37,492 nt of DNA from Firmicutes bacterium UBA6418. Lineage in GTDB: Bacteria; Bacillota; Clostridia; Peptostreptococcales; Anaerovoracaceae. This document shows, piece after piece, positions 17,541-26,764 of the stretch. Where the stretch lies: contig DJPG01000044.1 in assembly GCA_002439735.1 (NCBI GenBank), positions 1 through 37,492 of the forward strand, in the 5' to 3' direction. The notes beneath the pieces were generated by a model. That model was not told the DNA's origin. It ran no database searches and saw only the letters and a list, made by a program, of their open reading frames with translations. Position 1 is the first letter of the stretch. The number at the start of each line of letters is the position of its first letter. Position numbers and translations under genes: made by a program.

Positions 17541-17994
17541 TTATGAATGTGTCTAAAAATAACAAGAAAATCTTTTCTCCGTTTTTGGAGTAGCTACAAA
17601 CTATAAGTTTATACGATGGTATCTGAAACTCGAAAGACACTCCATAGATTCACAGCACATACAGACGCAGTACATAAATCCAATAAAAAACAAATTTTAT
17701 GTACCGCGTGGTACATAAAGAGAATAATAGGATGGAAAATGAGACACGAAGATACAAAATTTTTGCTTTCGTTGCGGATAAGTAATGTAAATAACCATAT
17801 TTTTATCCACTCGTGCATTTTTTGAGCACACTTTAGCCGTCGTTACTGCAATCACAAGCACGGGTTTTCTGCTGCGGCCGGCGTGGCTACTACGGCCTGC
17901 CGCGTATGGCTTGTAAGGACGGCAGGATGCTCGGAGCATCTCGGAGTGTATACAGAATTCTTGCGAAATTCAAGGAGCTTTCTGTCAATTTGCA

Positions 17995-18023
17995 TTGAAA
18001 AGTGTACAAGAAACAGGTATACT
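17995..18023 (+). promoter_or_regulatory. sigmaA promoter upstream of holA
   Basis: TTGAAA (17995-18000)-N17-TATACT (18018-18023). Confidence 0.65.
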
Positions 18024-18095
18024 AATATAAATGGCTTTTTTCAGCTTCGCGGCGGCACTGCAATTTTTTGGTAAAGCAAACGATGGAGAAATATC

Positions 18096-19148
18096 ATGGC
18101 GGGAAATTTCGAAAAAAAGGAACACGCATTTCGGGCATTCAGCCGAGATTTGAAAACAGATGATTTTCCACCGGTGCTTTTTTTCTATGGCGCGGAGGAT
18201 TATCTGATCGATTGGGCCGTTGGATCGCTTAAAAAGAAATACGTGATGCCGGGCGCGGAGAGCGTGGATTATGTGAAGCTGAGCGAGGATTTCGTAACGA
18301 CTGATCAGATTCTGGAAGCCTGCAACACGTTTTCGATGTTTTCACCGAAGCGGATCATCTGGGTTAAGGATTATGCGCCGCTGCGGAGCGGCAATGCCAA
18401 AGGCTTCGGAGTCGGAGAGCTTGCGAGGCTGAGCAGCTACATCGATAGTCCGAACGAAAGTGCAATCCTGATCTTTTCCTCCGAAACACCGGACGAAAAG
18501 AGCGGACTGGTCAAAAAACTCAAAAAAGACGCGAAGGCCTATGATTTCTGCAAACTGGATCGTACGCAGCTTTTCGGTTTTGCGGAGAAACGTTTCAAAG
18601 CCGCAGGCGTCAGGATCTCGAGGGAGATGCTAGGGTTCCTGATCGAGGAGACTGGGTATTTCCACAAAGAAACGGAATATCGAATTTCCTCGCTGGCAAA
18701 CGACATTCAAAAGATCATTGCACACAGCTACGGCGGCGTCGTGACAGAAGAGGACATTACGATGACGGTCAGCGGCGATCTGGACACCTTCGTTTTTAAT
18801 TTTCTGGATGCGATCAGCGTGAAAAAGAAAGATACCGCGTTCAGTCTTCTGCACAATATCCTGACGGCCGGGACGGATGTGTATGCCGTGACCGGTCTTT
18901 TGGTCAATCATTTTGAACTGATGCTGCAGATCAAAGAACTCAAGACAGAGGGCATGAGCGCTGCCGAGATCGCAAAGACATTGAAAGTTCATGAATTCCG
19001 CATCAAAAAGACGATGGGATTTGCCGATAAATTTACAATCGAAAAATTAAAGAGCATCTTGATACAGCTTTATGAGATCGACCGCAGTATTAAAACAGGT
19101 GCTTTAGAGCCTACCATGGCGTTGGAATTACTCGTAGGGAGGATATGA
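18096..19148 (+). CDS. holA: DNA polymerase III delta subunit
   Basis: FFYGAEDYL N-terminus, TFSMFSPKRII, HEFRIKK and DRSIKTG...LELL C-terminus; 350 aa. Confidence 0.88.
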   Translation: MAGNFEKKEHAFRAFSRDLKTDDFPPVLFFYGAEDYLIDWAVGSLKKKYVMPGAESVDYVKLSEDFVTTDQILEACNTFSMFSPKRIIWVKDYAPLRSGNAKGFGVGELARLSSYIDSPNESAILIFSSETPDEKSGLVKKLKKDAKAYDFCKLDRTQLFGFAEKRFKAAGVRISREMLGFLIEETGYFHKETEYRISSLANDIQKIIAHSYGGVVTEEDITMTVSGDLDTFVFNFLDAISVKKKDTAFSLLHNILTAGTDVYAVTGLLVNHFELMLQIKELKTEGMSAAEIAKTLKVHEFRIKKTMGFADKFTIEKLKSILIQLYEIDRSIKTGALEPTMALELLVGRI

Positions 19149-19152
19149 GAAC

Positions 19153-20055
19153 GTGAAGCTGAACAAACAAATGCAGGCAGACCTGATGCTTGTGTTGGTG
19201 ACACTCTGCTGGGGTGTATCCTATTATCTGATGGATTTAAGCCTGACGGACTTGGATCCGTTTACACTTAACGCGCATCGCTTTTTAGGCGCATTTGTGA
19301 TCGCGGCGGCGCTGTCGTGGAAAAAGATCCGCAATGTCAACCGTACAACCTTAAAATACAGTCTGCTGGTCGGATTCGCATTGGTATTCGTCTATATCGG
19401 TGCAACGTTCGGCGTGAAGTACACGACTCTATCCAATTCCGGATTTTTATGCGGTATGACGGTTGTTTTCACGCCGCTGCTCGGATGGGTATTTTTACGG
19501 CAAAAGCACAGCAAAAAGCTGATTCTGGTGGTTCTGATGTGCCTGGTGGGGATCGCACTGCTGACGCTCAAGGACGATTTTTCGATCAATACGGAGAATC
19601 TCAAGGGTGATCTGCTCTGCCTGATGTGCGCGGTTGCCTATGCCATCGATCTTTTGCTGACCGAAAAGGCCGTGGCGCATGAAGAAGTCGATGCTTATCA
19701 GCTTGGAGTCTTCCAGCTTGGCGTGACGGGCGTGTGCAATCTGGTGCTGGCGATGATCATCGAACAGCCGCATTTTCCGAACACTCCGGCGATCTGGGGC
19801 GCGGTGCTGTTTTTGTCGATCTTCTGTACCGGTGTGGCGTTTGTGTTGCAGCCGTTGGCACAGAGATATACGACAGCTTCGCATACCGGTGTGATTTTTT
19901 CCTTGGAACCGGTATTCGCGGCGATCGTGGCGGCTGCCTTGGCTCACGAGGTTCTGTCGGTAAAATCGTATATCGGCGCGGCGCTGATGGTGGCCAGCCT
20001 GTTTGTGATGGAAATTGATTTCAGTTCTCTCGGCGAAAAGGCGGGAGTGAAATAA
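19153..20055 (+). CDS. DMT/EamA family transporter
   Basis: About 10 TM, WGVSY, RF, GDLLCL and IFSLEPVFA motifs. Confidence 0.9.
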   Translation: MKLNKQMQADLMLVLVTLCWGVSYYLMDLSLTDLDPFTLNAHRFLGAFVIAAALSWKKIRNVNRTTLKYSLLVGFALVFVYIGATFGVKYTTLSNSGFLCGMTVVFTPLLGWVFLRQKHSKKLILVVLMCLVGIALLTLKDDFSINTENLKGDLLCLMCAVAYAIDLLLTEKAVAHEEVDAYQLGVFQLGVTGVCNLVLAMIIEQPHFPNTPAIWGAVLFLSIFCTGVAFVLQPLAQRYTTASHTGVIFSLEPVFAAIVAAALAHEVLSVKSYIGAALMVASLFVMEIDFSSLGEKAGVK

Positions 20056-20087
20056 TAAAAAAGGATGTATAGTACAAGGAGGGCAAC

Positions 20088-21938
20088 ATGAACCGGTTAT
20101 ATATCAAATCGCGGGATACTGCTCAAAAAACGGTAGAGGGTCTTTATAAAGATCTGGAAAGAAGAATCATAGCCAGCCCGCCGGGACAATGTCCGGTCGA
20201 CTTGGCAGCAGCATTCTTAAAGCTATGTCATTCACAGAGCTGCGGCAAATGCGTTCCGTGTCGTGTCGGTCTCGGACAGCTACAGCTGATGATCGATGAC
20301 ATACTGGAGATGAACACGGAGCCTGGCATGGAAGTTTTGGATCTGCTGGAAAAAACCGCGGAGGCTATCAGCGTTTCGGCAGACTGCGCCATCGGCTTCG
20401 AAGCAGCTAACATGGTACTTAGAGGGTTAAAAGGATATCGAGATGATTTCGAATCCCATATCAAATATCATACCTGTGCCGACAATATCAAGAACCAAGC
20501 GCAGCCGGTACCTTGCGTGGCAATGTGCCCGGCAGGAGTTGATGTTCCGGGATATATTTCGCTTTTGAAGCATGAAAGGTACGCCGACGCAGTCAGACTA
20601 ATCCGCAAGGATAACCCATTCCCAACCGTCTGCGCACTGATCTGCGAGCATCCGTGCGAACAGCGCTGCAGAAGAACGCTGGTGGACGCGCCGGTCAATA
20701 TCCGCGGTTTGAAACGTTTTGCAGTGGACAACTGCGGCGATGTTCCGGTTCCGAAAAAGATGGACAACACCGGCAAGAAGATCGCTGTCATCGGCGGCGG
20801 TCCGTCCGGACTATCGGCGGCATATTTCCTGTCCATCATGGGACATCAGGTTACGGTTTTTGAAAAACGTGCGCAGCTGGGTGGCATGCTCCGCTACGGT
20901 ATTCCGAACTATCGTCTTCCGAGAGAAAGATTGCAGTGGGATATCGACGCGATCCTTTCCACAGGCGTGGAAGCAAAATGCGACTTTGACGTCTCCACAC
21001 CGGATGGTATGGCAGAGATCCGCAACAATTACGACGCGACGTATATCTCCATCGGCTCACATAACGCGAAGCCGATCGGCATTCCGGGCGAATACGCCAA
21101 GGGCGTGATCGCGGCAGTGGAAATGCTCCGAGGCATCGGTGACGATGCGATGCCGGACTTCAACGGCAAAGCAGTGGTGGTTATCGGCGGCGGCAATGTC
21201 GCGATGGATGTAGCCAGAACCGCGAAACGTTTGGGTGCGACCGAAGTCAGCATTGTTTACAGAAGAAGAAAAGACGATATGACCGCACTGCCGGATGAGA
21301 TCGGCGGCGCGATCGCTGAGGGCTGCACACTGGTTCAGCTGAAAGCTCCGTCCAGGATCGCGACGAATAAACACGGCGAAGTGCAGGCTCTGTGGGTGAA
21401 ACCGCAGATCGCCGGACAAGCGGATAAAAGCGGAAGACCACGTCCGGTCGATTCCTCTGATCCGGAAGAAAAGATCCCTTGCGATATTATCATTTCCGCC
21501 ATTGGACAGGCGACCGACATCCGCTTCTTTGAAGAATTCGGCATTCCTGTATTCCGCGGAAATATTCAGGCTAAAAGAAACAGCGTTGTCGATAATGTGC
21601 AGGGAACCTACGCTGGTGGTGACTGTGTAACCGGACCGTCGACCGTGATCAACGCGGTAGCTGCCGGCAAAGTTGCGGCAGCCAATATTGATGCTTATCT
21701 GGGATTCAATCACGAGATTACCGTAGACGTTGACATCCCAGCACCGACACCGGATGATCATCTCCCTTGCGGCAGAGTCGAACTTAAAGAACGCTTCGCG
21801 AAACAGAGAGGAAACGACTTCGATGAAGTCGAACAAGGCATGAGCCTGGAAGAGGCCATGCAGGAAGCTTCCAGATGCCTGCGTTGCGACTATCACGGCT
21901 TCGGCGCATTCAGAGGAGGGAGGGATACCAAATGGTAA
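20088..21938 (+). CDS. Hydrogenase-associated FAD/NAD(P)H oxidoreductase (NuoF-type 4Fe-4S domain fused to a GltD-like domain)
   Basis: SCGKCVPCRVG...CAIG; PCVAMCP...CALICEHPCEQRC; GGGPSG; GGGNVAMD...YRRR; C-terminal EASRCLRCD. Confidence 0.85.
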   Translation: MNRLYIKSRDTAQKTVEGLYKDLERRIIASPPGQCPVDLAAAFLKLCHSQSCGKCVPCRVGLGQLQLMIDDILEMNTEPGMEVLDLLEKTAEAISVSADCAIGFEAANMVLRGLKGYRDDFESHIKYHTCADNIKNQAQPVPCVAMCPAGVDVPGYISLLKHERYADAVRLIRKDNPFPTVCALICEHPCEQRCRRTLVDAPVNIRGLKRFAVDNCGDVPVPKKMDNTGKKIAVIGGGPSGLSAAYFLSIMGHQVTVFEKRAQLGGMLRYGIPNYRLPRERLQWDIDAILSTGVEAKCDFDVSTPDGMAEIRNNYDATYISIGSHNAKPIGIPGEYAKGVIAAVEMLRGIGDDAMPDFNGKAVVVIGGGNVAMDVARTAKRLGATEVSIVYRRRKDDMTALPDEIGGAIAEGCTLVQLKAPSRIATNKHGEVQALWVKPQIAGQADKSGRPRPVDSSDPEEKIPCDIIISAIGQATDIRFFEEFGIPVFRGNIQAKRNSVVDNVQGTYAGGDCVTGPSTVINAVAAGKVAAANIDAYLGFNHEITVDVDIPAPTPDDHLPCGRVELKERFAKQRGNDFDEVEQGMSLEEAMQEASRCLRCDYHGFGAFRGGRDTKW

Positions 21939-23665
21939 AACTGACAATCAACGGACAGCAAGTATCGGTACCTGAGGGAATGACCATTATGGAGGCGGCT
22001 GAGAAAGTCGGTATCCATATCCCGCATTTATGCTACTTAAAGGATATCAACGAGATTGGTGCTTGTCGTGTCTGTCTTGTGGAGATTAAAGGAATGGATA
22101 AGCTGATAACTGCCTGCAACACGATCTGTGAGGAAGGCATGGAGATTCTGACCAATAGTCCGCGTGTCAGAAGAATCAGAAAGATCAACGTGGAGTTGAT
22201 CCTGTCCGACCATAACGCAAACTGCGCAAGCTGCACCAAGAGCGGTAACTGCACGCTGCAGACAATCGCCAACGATATCGGCATCATCGTATCGGATTAT
22301 GCCAATACCGCAGAAATGCGCCGTTGGGATCGGAATCTGCCGCTGGTGCGTGATGCCTCCAAGTGTGTGAAATGCATGCGGTGCATCCAGGTCTGTGAAA
22401 AAGTACAGGGTATGGGTGTTTGGACGCTGCTCGGTTCCGGTTATCGGACAACGATTGGTCTCAAAGATAACCAGCCGTTCCGAGAAAGCGACTGCACGCT
22501 CTGCGGCCAGTGCATCACACATTGTCCGGTCGGCGCGCTGCGCGAATGCGACAACCGTGGTGAGCTGAATGACGCGCTTGCAGACCCTGAGATCATCACG
22601 ATGGTACAGATCGCTCCGGCAGTCCGCACGGCTTGGGGCGAACAGATCGGTCTGAAAGACAAAGATGCCACCATGGGCAAGCTGATCTGCGCGCTGAAGA
22701 AAATCGGCATTGACTACGTTTTCGATACCAATTACAGCGCGGATCTTACGATCATGGAAGAGGGCAGCGAGTTCCTCGAAAGACTGGCAAACCGTAACCG
22801 CCACAAATGGCCGATGTTTACTTCCTGCTGTCCGGGTTGGCTTCGATTTGTGAAGACACAGTATCCGGATATGGTGGAAGACCTTTCGACCGCGAAATCC
22901 CCACAGCAGATGTTCGGTGCGATCTCCAAGACCTACATTGCGCAGAAGCTGGGCGTGGATCCGAATAAGATATTCTCCATTTCCATCATGCCTTGCGTTG
23001 CGAAGAAATTCGAATGCAACGTGGATCAGGTCAATGATTCCGGTCACGGACAGGATGTCGATCTGGTTCTGACGACCAGAGAACTAGATCGTCTGATCCG
23101 CTGCGACAGCATCAAGCCGCAGGATCTGATGGATATGCCGTTTGACGATATCTTCGGCGAAGGCTCCGGCGCTGCGGTCATTTTTGGTACGACCGGCGGT
23201 GTTATGGAAGCCGCGCTGCGAAGCGCGTATTATCTGGTGACCGGTTCGAATCCGGAACCGGATGCCTTCAAGGAAGTCCGCGGTATGGACGGATGGAAAG
23301 AAGCAAAATTTGATCTGGCGGGAACCACGCTCAAAGTTGCGGTGACCAGCGGACTCGGAAACGCGCGGAAACTGATCGAGGCGGTAAACCGCGGTGATGT
23401 GGAGTATGATTTTGTTGAGATCATGGCCTGCCCGGGCGGCTGTGTCGGCGGCGGCGGGCAGCCGTTTGTGGACGGCGAGGAACGCGCGGCAAAACGTGCG
23501 CTGAAACTGTATGGACTGGATAAGCACAGCAATATCCGCTTCTCGCACGAGAATCAGGCGGTTCAGCAGACTTATCAGGAATATCTGGGAAAACCGCTGT
23601 CCAAGGAATCCCATCATCTACTGCACACGCATCTTGCAGACTGGGATCTGACGATGAAGCCGTAG
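21932..23665 (+). CDS. hydA: [FeFe]-hydrogenase group A catalytic subunit (M3 architecture)
   Basis: H-cluster motifs TSCCPGW, MPCVAKKFE and EIMACPGGCVGGGGQP; N-terminal 2Fe-2S, His-ligated and two 4Fe-4S motifs. Confidence 0.95.
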   Translation: MVKLTINGQQVSVPEGMTIMEAAEKVGIHIPHLCYLKDINEIGACRVCLVEIKGMDKLITACNTICEEGMEILTNSPRVRRIRKINVELILSDHNANCASCTKSGNCTLQTIANDIGIIVSDYANTAEMRRWDRNLPLVRDASKCVKCMRCIQVCEKVQGMGVWTLLGSGYRTTIGLKDNQPFRESDCTLCGQCITHCPVGALRECDNRGELNDALADPEIITMVQIAPAVRTAWGEQIGLKDKDATMGKLICALKKIGIDYVFDTNYSADLTIMEEGSEFLERLANRNRHKWPMFTSCCPGWLRFVKTQYPDMVEDLSTAKSPQQMFGAISKTYIAQKLGVDPNKIFSISIMPCVAKKFECNVDQVNDSGHGQDVDLVLTTRELDRLIRCDSIKPQDLMDMPFDDIFGEGSGAAVIFGTTGGVMEAALRSAYYLVTGSNPEPDAFKEVRGMDGWKEAKFDLAGTTLKVAVTSGLGNARKLIEAVNRGDVEYDFVEIMACPGGCVGGGGQPFVDGEERAAKRALKLYGLDKHSNIRFSHENQAVQQTYQEYLGKPLSKESHHLLHTHLADWDLTMKP

Positions 23666-23699
23666 GAATATAAGATTCAAATTTCAAAGATTTCAAAGA

Positions 23700-23745
23700 A
23701 AAAGACCCCCGCAGGTTCGATGCAGATTTGCGGGGGTTGTTGTTG
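23700..23745. terminator. Bidirectional terminator between hydA and recN
   Basis: ACCCCCGCAG / TTGCGGGGGT stem with 5' A-run and 3' TTGTTGTT. Confidence 0.7.
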
Positions 23746-23759
23746 CACGGCTTATACGG

Positions 23760-25376
23760 TCAGGAACCGGCGATCAGCTCCCGTGCGCTCTGCAGGGTGG
23801 TCTCGGTGATCGTACTGCCGCCGAGCAGCCGTGCGATCTCGCGGACTTTTTCTTCCTCAGTGAGTGATTCAACAGTGGTAAAGGTCTTTTCGCTGTCGCT
23901 CTGCTTGAAGATGCGGTAGTTGTGCTTCCCGCAGGCCGCAATCTGCGGCAGGTGCGTGATGCAGATGATCTGATGAGACTGCGCGATCTCCTTGAGCTTT
24001 TGTCCGACAATGCTGGCTGTGATCCCGCTGATGCCGTTGTCAATCTCATCGAAGATCAGCGTCGGGATACGGTCATAAGAACTGATGATATTCTTGATGG
24101 CCAGCATGATTCTGGACATTTCGCCGCCGGACGCGGTCTTGGCCAGCGGTTTGAGCGGCTCTCCCCTATTTGTGGAGATCAGGATCTCCACGCTGTCCAT
24201 GCCGTTTTCACTCGGAGCGGGGAGCGGTCGAACCGCGATCTGCACCTTTGCGTCTGTAAAGTTTAGGCCGATCAGTTCGGATTCCATCTTCTGGGCAAGT
24301 TCGGTAGCGGTCTGCCGCCGGATCTGCGTCAATACCCTGCACGCAGCTTCCAGCTGATGCTTGGCGTCCAGCGCTTCCGCTTCCATCTGTTTTTTCTTAT
24401 CATCAAAGTTCTCGATGACATCCAGCTCCGCAGCGATCTTATCGCGATAGGCAAGAACCTCTTCAATGGTATCGCCGTATTTCTTTTTCAGATTGTCAAG
24501 AGTATCCATACGCGCGATCGCGGCATCCAGTTCCGCCGGGGAAAACACCGTTTGCTCGCGCATGCTGCCGAGGCTGCGGCCAAGATCCTGCAGGCGATAA
24601 TAGAGATCCGAAAACTCCAGCGAGAGGGCGTCGAGATCCTTGGAATAGGACGCAATGCTTTCCAACGCATGCAGCCCGGCGCCGAGACCATCCATGACGG
24701 ACGGATTTTCTTCAAAAAGCGTTGCATAGGTTCGTTCGATGTTTTGATAGATATTCTCGCTGTTCTGCAGGATCGAGATCTTATCCGTCAGCGCGGCATC
24801 CTCGCCCGGAAGCGGCTCAGCCTTGTCGATCTCGGCTATTTCAAAGCGGTAAAAATCTTTTTTTCTGGCGTTTTCCTTTTCTAAGGAAAGCAGGGCGGCT
24901 AGCTCACGTTTTTTTGCGGAGAAGAGGTGAAAAAGCTGCGAAACCTGTTCCTTAGCGGGGATGGATTCCTCGCTGCGATAGGAGTCGAGCAAGGCAATAT
25001 GGCTGTCCGGATCCAATAGGGACTGATTATCGTACTGTCCGTGGATATCGGCGAGTTTTTTGCAGACCTGATTGAGCTGCGCGAGTGTCACCAGTTCTCC
25101 GTTGAGCCGGCAGAGGTTCTTGCCGGAGGCGGAAACTTCGCGGGAGATCAGGAACTCTTCCCCATCAAGCTCGCCGAGCAGCTGCACAATGGCCTTGTTA
25201 CAGCCGGTACGGATACAGGAAGAATCCGCGCGACTTCCGAGCGCAAGACTGACGGCTTCGATCAATATGGACTTGCCGCTGCCGGTCTCACCGGTCACAA
25301 TATTCAGTCCGGATTCAAAATCGACCTCCGCGTTCTCGATGATCGCAAAATTTTTGATACTAATGTGATTAATCAT
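23760..25376 (-). CDS. recN: DNA repair protein RecN
   Basis: Walker A GETGSGKS, IHGQ, SGGE signature, LIFDEID and ITHLPQIA. Confidence 0.95.
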   Translation of the reverse strand: MINHISIKNFAIIENAEVDFESGLNIVTGETGSGKSILIEAVSLALGSRADSSCIRTGCNKAIVQLLGELDGEEFLISREVSASGKNLCRLNGELVTLAQLNQVCKKLADIHGQYDNQSLLDPDSHIALLDSYRSEESIPAKEQVSQLFHLFSAKKRELAALLSLEKENARKKDFYRFEIAEIDKAEPLPGEDAALTDKISILQNSENIYQNIERTYATLFEENPSVMDGLGAGLHALESIASYSKDLDALSLEFSDLYYRLQDLGRSLGSMREQTVFSPAELDAAIARMDTLDNLKKKYGDTIEEVLAYRDKIAAELDVIENFDDKKKQMEAEALDAKHQLEAACRVLTQIRRQTATELAQKMESELIGLNFTDAKVQIAVRPLPAPSENGMDSVEILISTNRGEPLKPLAKTASGGEMSRIMLAIKNIISSYDRIPTLIFDEIDNGISGITASIVGQKLKEIAQSHQIICITHLPQIAACGKHNYRIFKQSDSEKTFTTVESLTEEEKVREIARLLGGSTITETTLQSARELIAGS

Positions 25377-25836
25377 TTTTTCCTCTCGCAATGAGCATTT
25401 CGTTGAACGCTTCCATAACTTCCGCGACGTTTTCCGGTGCGTCGGCGACCAGGAGCAGGGTATTGTCGCCGGCGATAGAACCGATGATATGCGGAAAGTT
25501 GGAAGTATCGATGGCTTCTCCCGCTGCGGATGCACAGCCGGAGAGGGTTTTGACGACGATCAGGTTGCCGGAGCTGTTGACCGATGTGATCGTTTCTCGG
25601 AAGATCTTAACAAAGCGGTCGGAAACTGGAAGATCAATCGATTTATGAACGGCATATTTGTATTTTCCGTTGGAAGAGAGGGTCTTGACGAGCTGAAGCT
25701 CCTTGATGTCTCTGGAAATCGTGGCCTGCGTCACTTCGTAACCGCATTCCTTGAGCAAAGACGCCAGTTTTTCCTGCGTATCGACTTCGTAGGTATTGAT
25801 CAGCTCAATGATCTTGTTTTGTCTGGAATATCGCAT
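25369..25836 (-). CDS. argR: Arginine repressor
   Basis: TQATISRDIKEL HTH and GSIAGDNT motif; RBS GGAGG before ATG 25836. Confidence 0.95.
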   Translation of the reverse strand: MRYSRQNKIIELINTYEVDTQEKLASLLKECGYEVTQATISRDIKELQLVKTLSSNGKYKYAVHKSIDLPVSDRFVKIFRETITSVNSSGNLIVVKTLSGCASAAGEAIDTSNFPHIIGSIAGDNTLLLVADAPENVAEVMEAFNEMLIARGKND

Positions 25837-25923
25837 AAGTACCTCCATACACGCTGCACATGCCGATCGGCCTTGTGAGTTCTGCAAATGCGGCAGGATC
25901 GTCAAAACGGCTTACGCTTCGCA

Positions 25924-25979
25924 TTGTGCATAATTATAAGTTATATTCAAATCTTAACACAGAACCCAGGTGTTTTCAA
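25924..25979 (-). promoter_or_regulatory. argR-recN sigmaA promoter with downstream ARG-box-like site
   Basis: Minus strand TTGAAA-N17-TAAGAT (TG-extended); TGCATAATTATAAG at 25927-25940 resembles the Firmicute ARG box. Confidence 0.6.
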
Positions 25980-26053
25980 TAAAAGTTTTGCGCAAATCGC
26001 TTTGAGATATGCAACAGAGCCTCATTTTTGACAAGAAAAAGCGAGAGAAAGCA

Positions 26054-26082
26054 TGGACAAACAGGTGTTCGTATAGTATAAT
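26054..26082 (+). promoter_or_regulatory. ruvC promoter with LexA (SOS/Cheo) box in the spacer
   Basis: TGGACA-N17-TATAAT; CAAAC-AGGT-GTTCG (26058-26071), one mismatch to CGAAC-N4-GTTCG. Confidence 0.75.
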
Positions 26083-26137
26083 GGAATCGAAGATGCGGTC
26101 ATCGGTGATGAGCAACGTGACGAAAGGAGCATACGAT

Positions 26138-26641
26138 TTGAGGATTTTGGGAATCGACCCCGGCTACGCGATTCTCGGCTATGGGGTATTAGATATGAAA
26201 GGCAACAAGTTTGAGGTGGTAGCGTACGGATCGATTCTGACGGACAACAGCATGGAGATGCCGCAGCGACTCAAATTGCTCTACGATGAACTTTCGGAAA
26301 TCATCCACCGCTATCAGCCGGAAGAAGCCTCCATCGAAGAACTTTTTTTCAATAATAACGCTAAGACGGCGATCCTGGTCGGTGAGGCCCGCGGTGTTGC
26401 GGTTCTTGCCTGTGCGCAGGCCGGTCTTGCGATCAGCGAATACACACCGCTGCAGATCAAGCAGGCGCTGGTCGGTTACGGCCGGGCGGATAAAAAGCAG
26501 ATGCAGGCGATGGTCAAGGCTATTTTGAATTTGGAGACGGTGCCGAAACCGGATGATACCGCTGACGCGCTAGCTGCGGCCATTTGCCACGGACACGCAG
26601 GCGGACACAAAAGGCCGCTTCGCATCCGAAGCGGGATCTAG
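26138..26641 (+). CDS. ruvC: Holliday junction endonuclease RuvC
   Basis: [21 protein letters not shown] and [11 protein letters not shown] start after AAGGAG. Confidence 0.95.
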   Translation: MRILGIDPGYAILGYGVLDMKGNKFEVVAYGSILTDNSMEMPQRLKLLYDELSEIIHRYQPEEASIEELFFNNNAKTAILVGEARGVAVLACAQAGLAISEYTPLQIKQALVGYGRADKKQMQAMVKAILNLETVPKPDDTADALAAAICHGHAGGHKRPLRIRSGI

Positions 26642-26688
26642 CTGAAACCGGTCAGACCGGGAACCGTCAGGATCCGAACGAAAGATCC

Positions 26689-26717
26689 TTGCGTCGCCGG
26701 GCAGAAACGAGTATAAT
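26689..26717 (+). promoter_or_regulatory. Internal sigmaA promoter upstream of ruvA
   Basis: TTGCGT-N17-TATAAT in the ruvC-ruvA gap. Confidence 0.5.
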
Positions 26718-26764
26718 GAACAAGGATGTGCCGCGTCCGAAGCTGCGGCAGAACGGAGATTTTT

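Noticed and set aside
17609..17939. ORFs 17609..17818, 17616..17825 and 17697..17939
   Set aside because: No RBS or motifs; they cross palindromic AT-rich DNA.
17830..17950. tRNA-Sec, SRP or 6S identity for the GC-rich hairpin
   Set aside because: No T-loop or anticodon arm, no SRP GNRA/AGCA motif, too short and lacking a clear central bubble for 6S.
20088..21938. True glutamate synthase small subunit or bifurcating HydB
   Set aside because: No large subunit nearby, extra N-terminal Fe-S domain, and no NuoF FMN/NADH-binding domain or HydC.
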